Of a stretch of 64,000 nt of DNA, positions 1-13,576 are shown piece after piece. Every line of letters begins with the position of its first letter. Positions within the stretch are counted from its first letter, which is position 1. The notes below the pieces were generated by a model. The model did no database searches. It had not been told where the DNA came from and saw nothing but the letters and a program-made list of their open reading frames with translations. The translations under genes were made by a program, and so were the position numbers. This DNA is from Macrostomum hystrix (taxonomy: Eukaryota > Animalia > Platyhelminthes): contig CATNEN010000030.1 of NCBI GenBank assembly GCA_950097015.1, forward strand, positions 496,001 to 560,000, written 5' to 3'.

Positions 1-764
1 TTCAGGTTGGGTCGGAAGCGGAATCGGTTTTTTGTTGATACAATTTGCTCCAGTCTAATAATAGAATAGATAGTTAATAATAGCTACTTACAATATTTGA
101 TCGCGATGTTGTGTAGAAAGCTTGTAGAGCTGGGTTCGAAATCTAATATTGTTGTCATCTCCCATTTCGCTATTTTATTATTTTATGTCATTTAACACAT
201 ACAGTCTGATCTGCTACTAACCAATAACAAATGTTATAAATAGTTAAATGGGTACGCATAAGTTAATGTCTGTGACTTGAAATTACTAGCTTGATTTTGG
301 GTTGAATTTATTTTTCTTTTTTATTGTTTATTTCTTAAATAGCTTCCATATTGACGCCTATAGGAAAAATTCACATATTGAAGCCGACCACAACAATGTT
401 AGTTTCGCATGCTTGTCAATGTATGCCTCACTAATTTTTTTGCTCTTCTTTAGACAACCAGGAGCAAAAAACTAGTCGATAATCAGTAAATAAGCATAAT
501 GTAACGCTTTACTGATCGTTAATTTTCCCCAATTGAACGCGTTTTCAGCATCATTTCTCGGCAATGCAGGTATTTATAAATACGCTTTCATGACGCATCT
601 GTAGTGTGTGATCGTCGAGTTGCGATCATGATAACTGTCTTTCTATGTTGCTTCAAGCTATTTAGGCCCATATCTAAGCTATCTAGAGTTAATTCTGTAC
701 GCTAGTATAAATAAAAGTCCATATTTCTCAATGTCATTTAAAATCTATTCTATTGATTCAATGA

Positions 765-2970
765 TGTCTCTTCATTATTCAAATCGTCTCTTTCTTATGA
801 GAATCGTCTCTTTCTTATGAGAATCGTCTCTTCATTATTCAAATCGTCTCTTTCTTATGAGAATCGTCTCTTCAGTATGATAATCGTCTCTTCATTATGA
901 GAATATTCTGTTTCTTATGAGAATCGTCTATTCATTATGAGAATATTCTGTTTCTTATGAGAATCGTCTATTCATTATGAGAATCGTCTCTTCATTATGA
1001 GAATCGTCTCTTTCTTATGAGAATCGTCTATTCATTATGATAATCGTCTTCTTCTTATGAGAATCGTCTCTTCAGTATGATAATCGTCTCTTCATTATGA
1101 GAATCGTCTCTTTCCTTATGAGAATCGTCTCTTTCTTATGAGAATCGTCTCTTTCTTATGAGAATCGTCTCTTTCTTATGAGAATCGTCTCTTTCTTATG
1201 AGAATCGTCTATTCATTATGAGAATCGTCTCTTTCTTATGAGAATCGTCTCTTTCTTATGAGAATCGTCTCTTCAGTATGATAATCGTCTCTTCATTATG
1301 AGAATCGTCTCTTCATTATGAGAATCGTCTCTTCATTATGAGAATCGTCTCTTTCTTATGAGAATCGTCTCTTTCTTATGAGAATCGTCTCTTTCTTATG
1401 AGAATCGTCTCTTCAGTATGATAATCGTCTCTTCATTATGAGAATCGTCTCTTTCTTATGAGAATCGTCTCTTTCTTATGAGAATCGTCTCTTTCTTATG
1501 AGAATCGTCTCTTTCTTATGAGAATCGTCTATTCATTATGAGAATCGTCTCTTTCTTATGAGAATCGTCTCTTTCTTATGAGAATCGTCTCTTTCTTATG
1601 AGAATCGTCTCTTTCTTATGAGAATCGTCTCTTTCTTATGAGAATCGTCTCTTTCTTATGAGAATCGTCTCTTCATTATGAGAATCGTCTCTTTCTTATG
1701 AGAATCGTCTCTTCAGTATGATAATCGTCTCTTCATTATGAGAATCGTCTCTTTCTTATGAGAATCGTCTCTTTCTTATGAAAATCGTCTCTTTCTTATG
1801 AGAATCGTCTCTTTCTTATGAGAATCGTCTATTCATTATGAGAATCGTCTCTTTCTTATGAGAATCGTCTCTTTCTTATGAGAATCGTCTCTTTCTTATG
1901 AGAATCGTCTCTTTCTTATGAGAATCGTCTCTTTCTTATGAGAATCGTCTCTTTCCTTATGAGAATCGTCTATTCATTATGAGAATCGTCTCTTTCTTAT
2001 GAGAATCGTCTCTTTCTTATGAGAATCGTCTATTCATTATGAGAATCGTCTATTCATTATGAGAATCGTCTCTTCATTATGAGAATCGTCTCTTCATTAT
2101 GAGAATCGTCTCTTTCTTATGAGAATCGTCTCTTTCTTATGAGAATCGTCTCTTTCTTATGAGAATCGTCTCTTCAGTATGATAATCGTCTCTTCATTAT
2201 GAGAATCGTCTCTTTCTTATGAGAATCGTCTCTTTCTTATGAGAATCGTCTCTTTCTTATGAGAATCGTCTCTTTCTTATGAGAATCGTCTATTCATTAT
2301 GAGAATCGTCTCTTTCTTATGAGAATCGTCTCTTTCTTATGAGAATCGTCTCTTTCTTATGAGAATCGTCTCTTTCTTATGAGAATCGTCTCTTTCTTAT
2401 GAGAATCGTCTCTTTCTTATGAGAATCGTCTCTTCATTATGAGAATCGTCTCTTTCTTATGAGAATCGTCTCTTCAGTATGATAATCGTCTCTTCATTAT
2501 GAGAATCGTCTCTTTCTTATGAGAATCGTCTCTTTCTTATGAAAATCGTCTCTTTCTTATGAGAATCGTCTCTTTCTTATGAGAATCGTCTATTCATTAT
2601 GAGAATCGTCTCTTTCTTATGAGAATCGTCTCTTTCTTATGAGAATCGTCTCTTTCTTATGAGAATCGTCTCTTTCTTATGAGAATCGTCTCTTTCTTAT
2701 GAGAATCGTCTCTTTCTTATGAGAATCGTCTCTTTCTTATGAGAATCGTCTCTTTCTTATGAGAATCGTCTCTTCATTATGAGAATCGTCTCTTTCTTAT
2801 GAGAATCGTCTCTTCAGTATGATAATCGTCTCTTCATTATGAGAATCGTCTCTTTCTTATGAGAATCGTCTCTTTCTTATGAGAATCGTCTCTTTCTTAT
2901 GAGAATCGTCTCTTCATTATGAGAATCGTCTCTTTCTTATGAGAATCGTCTCTTCATTATGAGAATCGGC
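765..2970. repeat. Tandem array, 20-bp unit GAGAATCGTCTCTTTCTTAT (~110 copies) with a higher-order block duplication
   Basis: Read directly from sequence. Variant units recur about 761 bp apart: TTCAGTATGATAATC at ~1412/2174 and ~1712/2474, GAAAATC at ~1781/2542. Confidence 0.97.
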
Positions 2971-3592
2971 TCTGCTTGAATGGATTAGGGTATAAAGCTT
3001 AATTAGTGTAGTTATGCTTTATCTAATCACATTATTTCTCCTATTAGAGTACTTTAAATTGTTCAGTTTCTTCTAAGCCGTTGGTTTGAAAAGTTTTAAG
3101 CCTTTTTGAAACCAATTGTTTGTTAGTCTGTCAGTTGTCTTGTTTCTTAGTGCAAGTATCTTTTCATTATTGAGTTTGAGTGTGCTTACTACATACTACT
3201 TACAATTGAAAGACTTTTTAAGCCACGCCTGGATGCAAATCTCGTCTGGACTTACCTATAGTGATCACAGCACTACACTATCACAGTTAATGATTGGATA
3301 ACATTTTAAACTTTTTCATTGCAACTATTTATACGTTGTGTGTCTTCTAGTCAAAACTAACCCTGTGCTTTCTTTATAAGTATAGAATAAGCATTAGATG
3401 TGCATATTTTGTAAACAGACACGATTCGATTTCTCGTACAAGGGACATAGTTTTCTGCTATTGAAAATGAAAAAACTTTATTCGTAACTTTTCAGAAATA
3501 AAAAACTAATTTACTACTTAAATTCCTTGCTTGGTGTCTTTCAAATCAGTCAGTTTTTTTAGAAGTTTTGCAAAAGCTCACCTTAGTATTAT

Positions 3593-4160
3593 CAGTAGAA
3601 CTACCAAGGGGCCCCCCTGACAATTTTTTTGCTGCACCTGAACGGAACAATGCAAGCCAACTGTTTGTTGCGCATCTTCTGAAACAAGAAACAAGTCGCC
3701 AGCTCTTCAGACCGTCGAGATACTCAATGTTTCTGGCCGAAGGTCCGATTTTTCCCATAAGCGCTAGTGTATTTCATACACCCCTATACACGAATTTGCA
3801 CTGCGGCTCAGTGCGGCCTTGCCAGGCCTTCAGCATTTATCAGCATGTCACCCGAGTGTGCCTGCATCATCTCCGTCTTCGGTGGTCACCTACCTTTATC
3901 TAGACGGACTGCTGGACCTTCAAGGGCTACAACAGGTGGAACTAAGCAACTATGGACACCCTGACGCGAATTTCTCAAATTTCAATGCTCAAGCCAAAAT
4001 ATCGGGCGCAGCTCAACCACAGGACACCATCGCCTAGTCTGTCAACCAATCAGTCACCACCCAACGCTGTTAGCATTCGGGCGCTGCCAAAAAAAATTGT
4101 CAGGATTCCCCCCCCCCTTGGTATAAAAACGGGCAGCAAAATGGCTTGGTAGTCCTACTG
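3593..4160. mobile_element. Non-autonomous DNA transposon (MITE), copy 1, TTAA-type
   Basis: Terminal inverted repeats CAGTAGAACTACCAAG ... CTTGGTAGTCCTACTG (1 mismatch). Flanks are TTAT/TTAA. Body is homologous to 34618-35184 and 43321-43914. Confidence 0.85.
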
Positions 4161-4167
4161 TTAATTG

Positions 4168-4462
4168 AATAATAATAATAATATATATATATGCGGGAGG
4201 TCAGCGCCAGTCTGTAGGCACTGGCACTCAATTTGGTGACACTAGACCCGCAGCCAGCGAGGAGGCAATTCTGCCTATTTCGTTGACTCCTGAGCACACA
4301 CGCACACCCTGCCCTGACTTTCTCATCGTCAAAGCCTTGACAAGCCTTTCACTAAGCCTTCTCTCCGTGGCTGCGCCCCAAATTAATGTGGTCTCGCTAC
4401 GGAATCGAGCTCAGGGCCATTGGTACGAGGAGCAAGCGCGTTGGACCGCTCTGCCACTCGCA
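4168..4462 (-). mobile_element. tRNA-headed SINE family 1, internally deleted copy
   Basis: Reverse complement shows A-box (TGGCAGAGCGG) and B-box-like (CTCGATTCC) head, shared body (CTCAGGAGTCA..GCAGAATTGCCTCCTCGCTGGC) and an AT/ATT tail. Homologous to 47645-48018. Confidence 0.75.
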
Positions 4463-4800
4463 GATTGGCTTCTTTTTAATGTGTCAACTGATTTATTAAT
4501 AATGATTCACTGAACTCGAAGTTATAAAAAATCTGGTTAAAACTGCACTTCTTGTAGCTCAAATTTTGTAATTATTGTAGTCATTATATTTACTGACTAT
4601 GCTTCGCTTAGTGCGTAAGTCACAATTAAAGCATAAAAGCATCGATATATTAGACTGCACTTATTTACAAGGAATGGTAGTATTACACGCCCTTTGTTGA
4701 TTGACGTGTTTAACTTTTTTTCTTAACTTTAAGCATCCTACTTAAGCACTGTGCTCAATTTGTGCTCAGCCTAATATCCACTTCTCTCACACACTACCAG

Positions 4801-7800
4801 CGCCTGGTGGAGACCAAGGAGGTCCTGGAGGTGCGTGAACAGAAGCTGCTACAGCTCAGTCGCGAGAACATGGAGCTCAGAGACGTTGTGGATGCTTTGA
4901 AGGCGTAAGTTCTGAAACTCCCAGCATCCTCAGCATTCACCCAAATCCTCATTATTCATTCGAACCTCGCCAGATCCTCAGTATTCACCCAAAACATCTT
5001 CAAAGACCTTGGGGATCTTCCCAGATTCCCAGATTCACACTATTATTGGTGTGATCCGAGATTCTCGTCATAAAAAAACTGCATCTCGGCTATTCATCTT
5101 CAAGCAGAGCTTGAGTTGTGTTCTCACTGCCTGCCATTCCAGCCAGCTGCTCCGCTCTGAGGAGGCCCGCCAGAGCAACCAGACCGACCTGAACTCCCTC
5201 ACCGAGGAATTCACCAGCCGAATTGCGGACGCCGAGCGGCGCTTTCAGCAGGCCGTCAAAGAGAAAGAGCTGCTGCGCAAGCAGATGGCCCTGCCCAGTG
5301 AGGCCCTGCGAGAGCGCGAACAGCAGGTCCAGGAGCTGCTGCGCGAAGGCGAGCGGATGGCCCAGGAGCAGCTGAAGGCCAGCAATCTGTTAAAGAAGCT
5401 GCGCGCCAGAGAGAAAGAATTGGAAAGTCACGTCGGCCAGCGTGACCGGCGACTGAAGACTCTGGAAGATGAGGCGCAGAAGCTGCGCAAACAGCTAGAC
5501 GAGGCCGAGGAGTCCGGCCGGCGCCAGTCCGAGGCGGTCGCCCAGCTGACTAAAGCCGTCCAACGATTGGAGCGAGAGCTTCAGCAGAAGCAGCGAGAGG
5601 CTGACGCCATTGCCGAGCGAGAGAGATCGCTCAGCGGTCTGCTGGAAACGGCCAACAAACAGAACTCGGAGCTCAATAGGCAGCTGGCCGCCTCTGCAGC
5701 CGAGACACACGAGGCGGCGCTGAGTGCCGAGCTGGCCGCTCGCGAAGAGCTACGAGCAGCTTTGCGGGCCGCTGAACGGGCTGGGTCGCAGGAGGCTGAA
5801 CGACTGCAGGTTAGATCACTCGATTCTTAACACCAGAAAGACCATATGGTGGGTATTCAACCCATCGCAATGGAAATCCAAAACTAGGGCTCAAATTTTC
5901 CGCTCCGATCCGATAGAACAACTTCCAGAATTTGTAAACATCGGCATCGTCAAGATATTCAACGATTCTCGTCGGGGTGTCTGGTGGCAAAACCCACAAA
6001 AATATGCGAAAGTTTTCTGCTCACGAAGTTTCATCATGTAAACATGTCGGCGATTGTTGTTGATTATATTGTAGTGATAATATTGTTAATTTATGCACTT
6101 TTGAATCAATATGGATTCGCCATAGAGTTTAATGCAGAGCAATGTTCTTTGCCCTTGTCACCGGGGTCTTCGACAAGAATCGCTGAATATCTCGACGATG
6201 CTGGCTCGAACGGCTTTGAAAGTTGGTTCATCGAAAAGGGCGGAAAATTTTGATTCAGATGGTGGACTTTCACGAAAATCAGTCATTCGGTTTGGGAGCT
6301 GTCGTCAAGTAGGCAGTGGGTCCGGTCTTTCGTGGTCTTTCTAATGTTCATGGCTCATGACGCTAGAAAAGTACATTGGAATATCAACAAAACTCACAGG
6401 CCAACGTGGAAGAGCTGCGCATTGCTCTAGCGGCTCGCGATCGCGAAGCCGCCGCCCGCGAAACCGCCCTGCGCGAGGAGGCGCGAAGAGCCGCGCGTCG
6501 ACTAGAAGAGGCCGAGCGTCGGGCAGACGAGCTGGCCTCGGCGGCGTCTCAGGCATCGCAGCCGCTGCTACGCCAGCTGGAGTCGCTGCAGAAGGCCCAC
6601 TCAGCTGCCCAGCTGTCCTGGGAGGCTGTCGAAGACCAGTTGAATGCGCGCGTCGCCTCCGCTGAACGAGCAGCCGCGGCGGCCAAGGAGTCGGAGCGAC
6701 GGGCTAGGGAGCGCCTCGCTCACCTAGAGGAGGCAACCACCGCTGCTGCCCAGACGGAGGCTTCGCTGCGGCAAGAGGCGTCTGCAACGGCTGCTGGCCG
6801 AGCGGCCGCCGAGCGCACAGTGTCGGAGCTGTCAGCGGAGGCCGAATCCTGCCGGCGCGAAGCCAAGGAGGCGCGTCGGCAAGCCGACCAGCTGGCCGGC
6901 GAGCTGCGCCGATGCGAGTCCCGTCTGGCCGCGGAGGCGGCTCGCGCCGAAGCCGAAGCCAGACGATCGGCCGACGCGCGTGACCAACTTCTCGGCTGTG
7001 AGGCCACCATTGAGGACCTGCGGCGGCAGGTGCGCGCTCAGAATATCGGCGGCGGCACCGCCGGGGAACCGACGCACAGTCGGCAGAGCAGTGTCGGTGG
7101 CCCCGGAAGCCTGTCAAGTACACCTGTTGTCAGCCTAGGTAAGTGAATAATACTCGAGGGGATATGAGAGCAAACTGCTCAAGGAACATTGAGGATATCA
7201 GCGACCTATACTCAAGGAGCATTGAAATATCAGCGACCTATGCTCAAGGAGCATTGGGGATATCAGCGAACTATACTCAAGGAGCATTGGGGATATCAGC
7301 GACCTATGCTCAAGGAGCATTGGGGATATCAGCGAACTATACTCAAGGAGCATTGGGATATCAGCGAACTATACTCAAGGAGCATTGGGATATCAGCGAA
7401 CTATACTCAAGGAGCGTTGGGATATCAGCGACCTATGCTCAAGGAGCATGGGGATATCAGCGACCTATGCTCAAGGAGCGTTGGGATATCAGCGAACTAT
7501 ACTCAAGGAGCATTGGGATATCAGCGAACTATACTCAAGGAGCGTTGGGATTTCAGCGACCTATGCTCAAGGAGCATGGGGATATCAGCGACCTATACTC
7601 AAGGAGCATTGGGGATATCGGCAACCTATACTCAAGGAGCATTGGGGATATCAGCGACATATACTCAAGGAGCATTGGGGATATCAGCAACCTATACTCA
7701 AGGAGCATTGGGGATATCAGCAACCTATACTCAAGGAGCATTGGGGATATCAGCAACCTATACTCAAGGAGCATTGGGGATATCAGCAACCTATACTCAA

Positions 7801-8611
7801 GGAGCATTGGGGATATCAGCGAACTATACTCAAGGAACATTGGGGATATCAGCAACCTATACTGAAGGAGCATTGGGGATTTCAGCGACATATACTGAAG
7901 GAGCATTGGGGATTTCAGCGACCTATGCTCAAGGAGCATTGGGATATCAGCGACATATACTGAAGGAGCATTGGGGATTTCAGCGACCTATGCTCAAGGA
8001 GCATTGGGGATATCAGCAACCTATGCTCAAGGAGCATTGGGGATATCAGCGAACTATACTCAAGGAGCATTGGGGATATCAGCAACCTATACTCAAGGAG
8101 CATTGGGGATTTCAGCAACCTATACTCTATGAGCATGGGAAAGTTATTACTTGCGTCTCTAGACCCTTCCTTTATAGAAAAAAATTCCATCTTTTTTTCG
8201 AGCAGTCGACGGTCCACCCTCGCCGTCGGCCGCGTCGCCGCACTCCGCGATGGCAGCCTCAGCCGCCTCGCCCTACACCCTGGTGCGCAACGCTGCCGGC
8301 ATGGCCGCCATGGTGGAGCGCCTGCGCGAGGAGCTGCAGAGCCGGCAGGCGGAGGCGGCCAATCTGGCTGCCGATCTGCGAGCCGTTGAGCGCTCTCGTG
8401 AGCACACAGCCAGCGAGCTGGCCGCAGTGCTGGCCCGCGAGGAAAGCCAGGCGGCTCGCCTCGTCGAGCTGGAGGCCCAAGTCGGTGCGTTGAACACTCG
8501 CTACCAAGCTCTGCTGCAGATGTACGGCGAGAAGATGGAGGAGAACGAGGAGCTGCGATTGGATCTGATGGATATCAAGGAGATGTACAGGAGCCAGATC
8601 GACCTCCTCAC

Positions 8612-8648
<37 letters not shown>
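4801..8648 (+). CDS. TMF1: TATA element modulatory factor 1 (golgin TMF1), 3' four exons: 4801-4904, 5143-5809, 6400-7138, 8206-8648; 5' exons not identified
   Basis: GT-AG junctions are phase-consistent (1953 nt = 651 codons). Motifs match TMF1: LTEEFTSRIADAERR, LLREGERMAQEQLKASNLLKKLRAREKE, SQPLLRQLESLQ and the C-terminal YQALLQMYGEKMEENEELRLDLMDIKEMYRSQID. Ends in polyQ. Confidence 0.93.
5891..6253. repeat. Imperfect ~100-bp inverted repeat pair (5891-5990 / 6155-6253) inside a TMF1 intron
   Basis: Reverse complement of 5941-5990 (TTGCCACCAGACACCCCGACGAGAATCGTTGAATATCTTGACGATGC) aligns with TTGTCACCGGGGTCTTCGACAAGAATCGCTGAATATCTCGACGATGC at ~6155. Similarity extends to TCAAATTTTCCG / CGGAAAATTTTGA. 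Confidence 0.75.
7165..8135. repeat. Intronic minisatellite, 32-33-bp unit GCGACCTATACTCAAGGAGCATTGGGGATATCA
   Basis: Tandem periodicity filling the TMF1 intron 7139-8205. Confidence 0.96.
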
Positions 8649-9194
8649 GCACTTACCAAGCATATCCTAGTTTTAGAGTTACAGTTCTTTAGCTAACCAA
8701 TAAACATTTAACAAATCTTTATCACATTGTGTCGTGTTAAAATCCATTTCATTCTCTGTGATATACGCAAAATCTTATTCAGTTGTAAATTGGTTGCACT
8801 CGATTTTTTTGCTATAGAAATTTTCTGAACATAATAAATTTGTTCTTATCTAGCCAAATGAAGCGACTAATAGTACTATAAATAGATTTTGCTACTGGAG
8901 AATTTCAGTAGTATATGTTGTTTGATAACCGACAAATAACTGCGCGCTGCCAATTTCTAAGTTAAACTTCATTTATTTTGTCTTTCTTTTCTTTTCTAAC
9001 AACTCTGTTGCTACTGCTTGGCTGTTTAACTATTGTGCAGTGGCTATGCTTTTTAATTTTAAACACTTGTTCCAAGCTTGCACACAGCTTTGCTTTTTAT
9101 GCGAATTTCGGTCGATCCGGTCGTGTGTCCTGTCACACTTTGTCTCACTCTCGCTTTTGAATTTTTCCTATTTTCCCTAAATCACTAGACTCTA

Positions 9195-9890
9195 CACTTC
9201 AGTACCTACTCTCTATTTCTCTACCTGCTCTACTTCTCTGTCTTCTCTCTCTACTTCTGTGCCTGCTCTATCTACTTCTGTGCCTGCTCTGTCTACTTCT
9301 GTGCCTGCTCTATCTACTTCTGTGCCTGCTCTGTCTACTTCTGTGCCTGCTCTATCTACTTCTGTGCCTGCTCTATCTACTTCTGTGCCTGCTCTATCTA
9401 CTTCTCTACCTGCTCTACTTCTTTGTCTTCTCTATCTACTTCTGTGCCTGCTCTCTCTACTTCTCTACCTGATCTACTTCTTTGTCTTCTCTATCTACTT
9501 CTCTGTCTTCTCTCTCTACTTCTGTGCCTGCTCTATCTACTTCTCTACCTGCTCTACTTCTTTGTCTTCTCTATCTACTTCTGTGCCTGCTCTCTCTACT
9601 TCTGTGCCTGCTCTATCTACTTCTGTGCCTGCTCTATCTACTTCTGTGCCTGCTCTATCTACTTCTCTACCTGCTCTACTTCTTTGTCTTCTCTATCTAC
9701 TTCTGTGCCTGCTCTCTCTACTTCTGTGCCTGCTCTATCTACTTCTGTGCCTGCTCTATCTACTTCTGTGCCTGCTCTATCTACTTCTGTGCCTGCTCTA
9801 TCTACTTCTGTGCCTGCTCTATCTATTTCTCTACCTGCTCTACTTCTTTGTCTTCTCTATCTACTTCTGTGCCTGCTCTCTCTACATCAA
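9195..9890. repeat. Pyrimidine-rich minisatellite, 21-bp unit TCTACTTCTGTGCCTGCTCTA
   Basis: Direct periodicity with interspersed variant units. Confidence 0.95.
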
Positions 9891-10450
9891 GTGTACTGTA
9901 AGTGATTTATGATTTATGATCCTGCAGAGAAGTGCAGGCAAACCCACACAGCTCATTCCTACGTCGCTAACGCTTTGTAAATTAAGCTAACATGGATATT
10001 TACATGATTGTGAGTGAGGCAGGCACAATAGAGCATTAAATATTATTAAAATAGCCATGCATATGCACCCTGTCATTATGTTAGCATAGTAGCATATTTT
10101 TGTCGCGGTTTTGGTCTGATTTTAGTCAACAAAAAATCTGCCTAAAATACTCGTAGGTGTCCGGCTTAAACTGAGCATATATAGTTACTCACGTGGGTAT
10201 CAAGTACCAATATTTTTCGCAGACTATCTTGTTTTTGTGATTGATGCTAATTATATATATATAAACCATTTAATACACTTTACATTTCATTTGAAAATGT
10301 TAAATGTCTATGTCTCAAGTCTAATAACTCACGAATCTGTGTGTAGTTTATCCTAATGTTTTCTAACGGTGGAGCATGCAGTCCAATAGTTGTAGCTTCG
10401 TACTTCTGAGCCAGAGGTCGGCAGTTCGAATCTCAGTCCTTATGGGGAAC

Positions 10451-10760
10451 GATTGGTGAGTTGCAGAGCGGTTAACACTTTTGCCTCTCGCACCAAAGTG
10501 CCTGAGCTCGATTCCGCGGCGAGGCCATACGAGTATTAAATTGGGGCGCAGACGCGGAGAGAAGGCTTGGGGGCTGGTCGTGCAATTTACGCACTTGAAG
10601 ACCAACCTCCAAGGCAGTGAGTATACACTACCTATCGATGAGAAAGTCAGGGCAGATGTACACACCTGTGTGAGCGTGTGCCTGCTTACAGTATCCGTGA
10701 GCGTGTGTGCTCAGGAGTCAGCCGAATGGGCAGAATTGCCTCCTCGATTGGCTCTAGTCA
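10451..10760 (+). mobile_element. tRNA-headed SINE family 1, 3'-truncated copy
   Basis: Head TTGCAGAGCGGTTAA...GCTCGATTCCGCGGCGAGGCC. Body matches the other copies up to GCAGAATTGCCTCCTCG. Confidence 0.78.
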
Positions 10761-13537
10761 ATTAATTCCTGTGGTGGTTGGAATAGGTTTCATATATTTA
10801 CTTTTTGCTATCGAATAACTGCACTGTGTTGTGTATTTAGCTGTTTCTATGCTTGTGTGTGTGGGCTGCGTGTGTCTAGCAGTTTGAGCAGTAACTGTAT
10901 CACCACCTCTACAACATTTGCCATACTCGTAGACATTTTCGGCTCTCGTTCGGGCCGACACGCACGCAGGAAGTGCCATTTTAGGAATGGGGGCCTCTTT
11001 CCTGGTTTTGGCATCTGTCTCTGAGATCTCCTTACCCCCACGTGGACCTTTTCTCACTCATCCGGTTTGTTAATGTCGACTCTGAGGGGGGCGAGGCATT
11101 CATGGGGGTGCCATAAATGGGACTCAGGATCCCCAACTGTGCAATGCCACCTGTGTTTGTTCATCGAATGCGGCCCCAACTCCTAGCGTGCCGGGGACCC
11201 TGGTCTCAAGGGCCCGCCGCGCTCTTCAGTTGCCATAGCTCCAGCGCGTGCGGCCTGGGTCTTTCTCTCTGGAACTATCAACTCAGCCCTCGCGAATAGG
11301 CGCGACTCTTTGTCCGATGCAGGCCTTCTCTCTGTGTGACATTGCGTAATCGTCTGTCTGGGTCTCGTGTGATTTTGAGAGGCGAGACCAAATAGAGAAA
11401 AAACTATTTTTGACTCGCTTTTTTCTGGCTTTGAATCGAGAGTGAGGCGACAGAGAACCGAGCAAACCGAGCGAGGAAAAAACTAGAAAAATATTCGATA
11501 GCTGGAATCGTTTAGAAGAAATGAAAATTATAATTAGAACAAAGACGAGTGTCTAATAGCCCCCTAGCAAGGTCTTTGTTATCCGCGATCTTGATCCTTT
11601 AATATACACCTATTGTGTGATTGGGTCTCATCTGGATTGTCATTTAAACAAGCAGCGAATGTTGCGGGTCTATGAAAGCATGTAGGGATTTATGACAGGA
11701 GGAAAACCGTGTGTCAGATTTATGATCCTAATCCGAAACATTATCCGTTGTCTATTCCAGTATGTAATGAGCTAACTTTACATGTCTGTCTGAACCAATC
11801 CATCAACCCATTCAAAGCGCTTAATCGTTAATCGAATACCATAATGGTATTGCTGGCATTACAGATGAAGGTCGAATTTGACATTATGAGCGCCGTCAAG
11901 CCCTACAAAATCATTTTAATGCTAGGGGCTGAACCCTTAGCTGGGGCTTCCGGGAAAATGCAAATTAACTTGCAGCCGCTCATGGGGGGCACCTCTCCCC
12001 CCTCCAGTCCTGCGGAGCTTACGTAAGTGGAACCGCAGGAAGAAAATCCCACAGTCGCCGCAGAGTTTTTTCTATTCCCTCGTGGCCCTTTAACCTTGAC
12101 GTGTAAACAGTTTTGCCTGTTGGGGGGCGCCAAAGGGAAGCCAGCTAAGGCCAATGATACGCACTCGGAAATCCGAAATCCGTCTGTCGGCTGCCCCCCC
12201 CGCGGGGGGAAGGGCTTGATTACGTGATCCCATAGTAACTAGCAGTATATTTTGGCATTAATCTCTCGACAGTCTGTCTCTAAAGCCGATTGCTGATATT
12301 CACCTATACAATCCCTAGGGGAATTGCTTATCGCCACAGGGACAAGACAGGATTTGATGGCCTTTCCTAGGAATCTAAAATATACACACCAACTCTTGCT
12401 TACCAAATTAAATAGATGGAGAAATCTACTTACGAACAAGACTATACGTGTTATTTACATTTGAAAAAGCGATATTATTCAAGCATCAGGATTGCATAAT
12501 CTTTCTATACTGCCATAGTACGAGTACTAGTATTTTGATTTGTACACATTTTCAAATTTTGTCTGTGGTTGCCAAGTGCCTTACAAGTGGAGCGCATGCA
12601 GCCCATTGCGATGGTGTTAACTCCAGGTTCTTGTGACAATTTGCTTTCAAATACGCTAGCAATTAAAGCGATTCGGTGCGAGGCTGTCAATCAGAATTTC
12701 GCAAATTTGCACGCGAGAAAATTCATTAATCATGTACAACAAGGACGATGCGATGTCTTGCTTCATAATTTAATTAGTGATTTTTTGTAGACAGAGGACT
12801 AACAATGAATGCATGCTCCAGCCTGCCTCAAACTGGTGCGTCTACTCAGCCAAAATTGAAAATGCAGGAAAGATATTTCAATTTTAATTGTTCATTGTTT
12901 AATATAGGCGAGTCAGAGATTTTATAATTAGATGTTAAAATTCACACGTCACAAGGGTGGCGCACCTTGGATTTGACGCTTTCGAGTGTGTTGTCTAATT
13001 TTAGCGATCAAAGTTAGAGACACGTCGACTCAATCGGTAAGCTCATTAATCCTACACTCAACAGAAGATTTTATGAAGCAGAGCAACACAGCCAAATCAA
13101 ATCCGATCAATCAATCTACCTGCATGTCTGCAGTTCATATTTGAGCCAAGTTGAGTCCTGTCTGCTAATCCCCCCAGTATTGGCTGACTGCTCATTCTAA
13201 AAATTCACACATTGTGTGACACTTGAAGGCCAATAAGAGGCCCAATAGTTGCACCCGTTATGTCATAGCATTTCTCCCCTTGAAGTTAATCCCTCTCTTC
13301 ATTTCCTCTCTTGATTCCCAACTATAGCTTCGTCGCAGGAGGCTTATCTATGGAATGGAACAAAGAAATGCGGGCCTCTATGGCTGTGCAAGCAATGCGG
13401 GCAATCAAAAACCTATTTTAACTATAAAGTTGATGCTTGTGGCTTAGGCTAGATTTACATACACGGCTGGCCCTGAATGTGTACACAGTCTGAGACAGTA
13501 ATAATGTTTCATGCATAGTGGAATCTATATCTGGCTA

Positions 13538-13539
<2 letters not shown>

Positions 13540-13573
<34 letters not shown>
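13540..13573. repeat. (CTG)n microsatellite, ~11 units
   Basis: Direct reading. Confidence 0.9.

Positions 13574-13576
<3 letters not shown>

Noticed and set aside
453-486. Possible upstream TMF1 micro-exon
   Set aside because: AG/GT flanks exist but there is no recognisable TMF1 similarity.
7143-8217. Long ORFs on both strands in the TMF1 intron
   Set aside because: Translations of the 32-33-bp repeat; true exons flank it with good splice sites.
9259-9912. Hydrophobic Leu/Cys-rich ORFs (also 31090-32031, 24092-24628 and 63284-63802)
   Set aside because: Low-complexity repeat translations.
10365-10440. Degenerate tRNA-like stretch with GTTCGAATC
   Set aside because: Only a B-box; no cloverleaf and no second copy to define a family.
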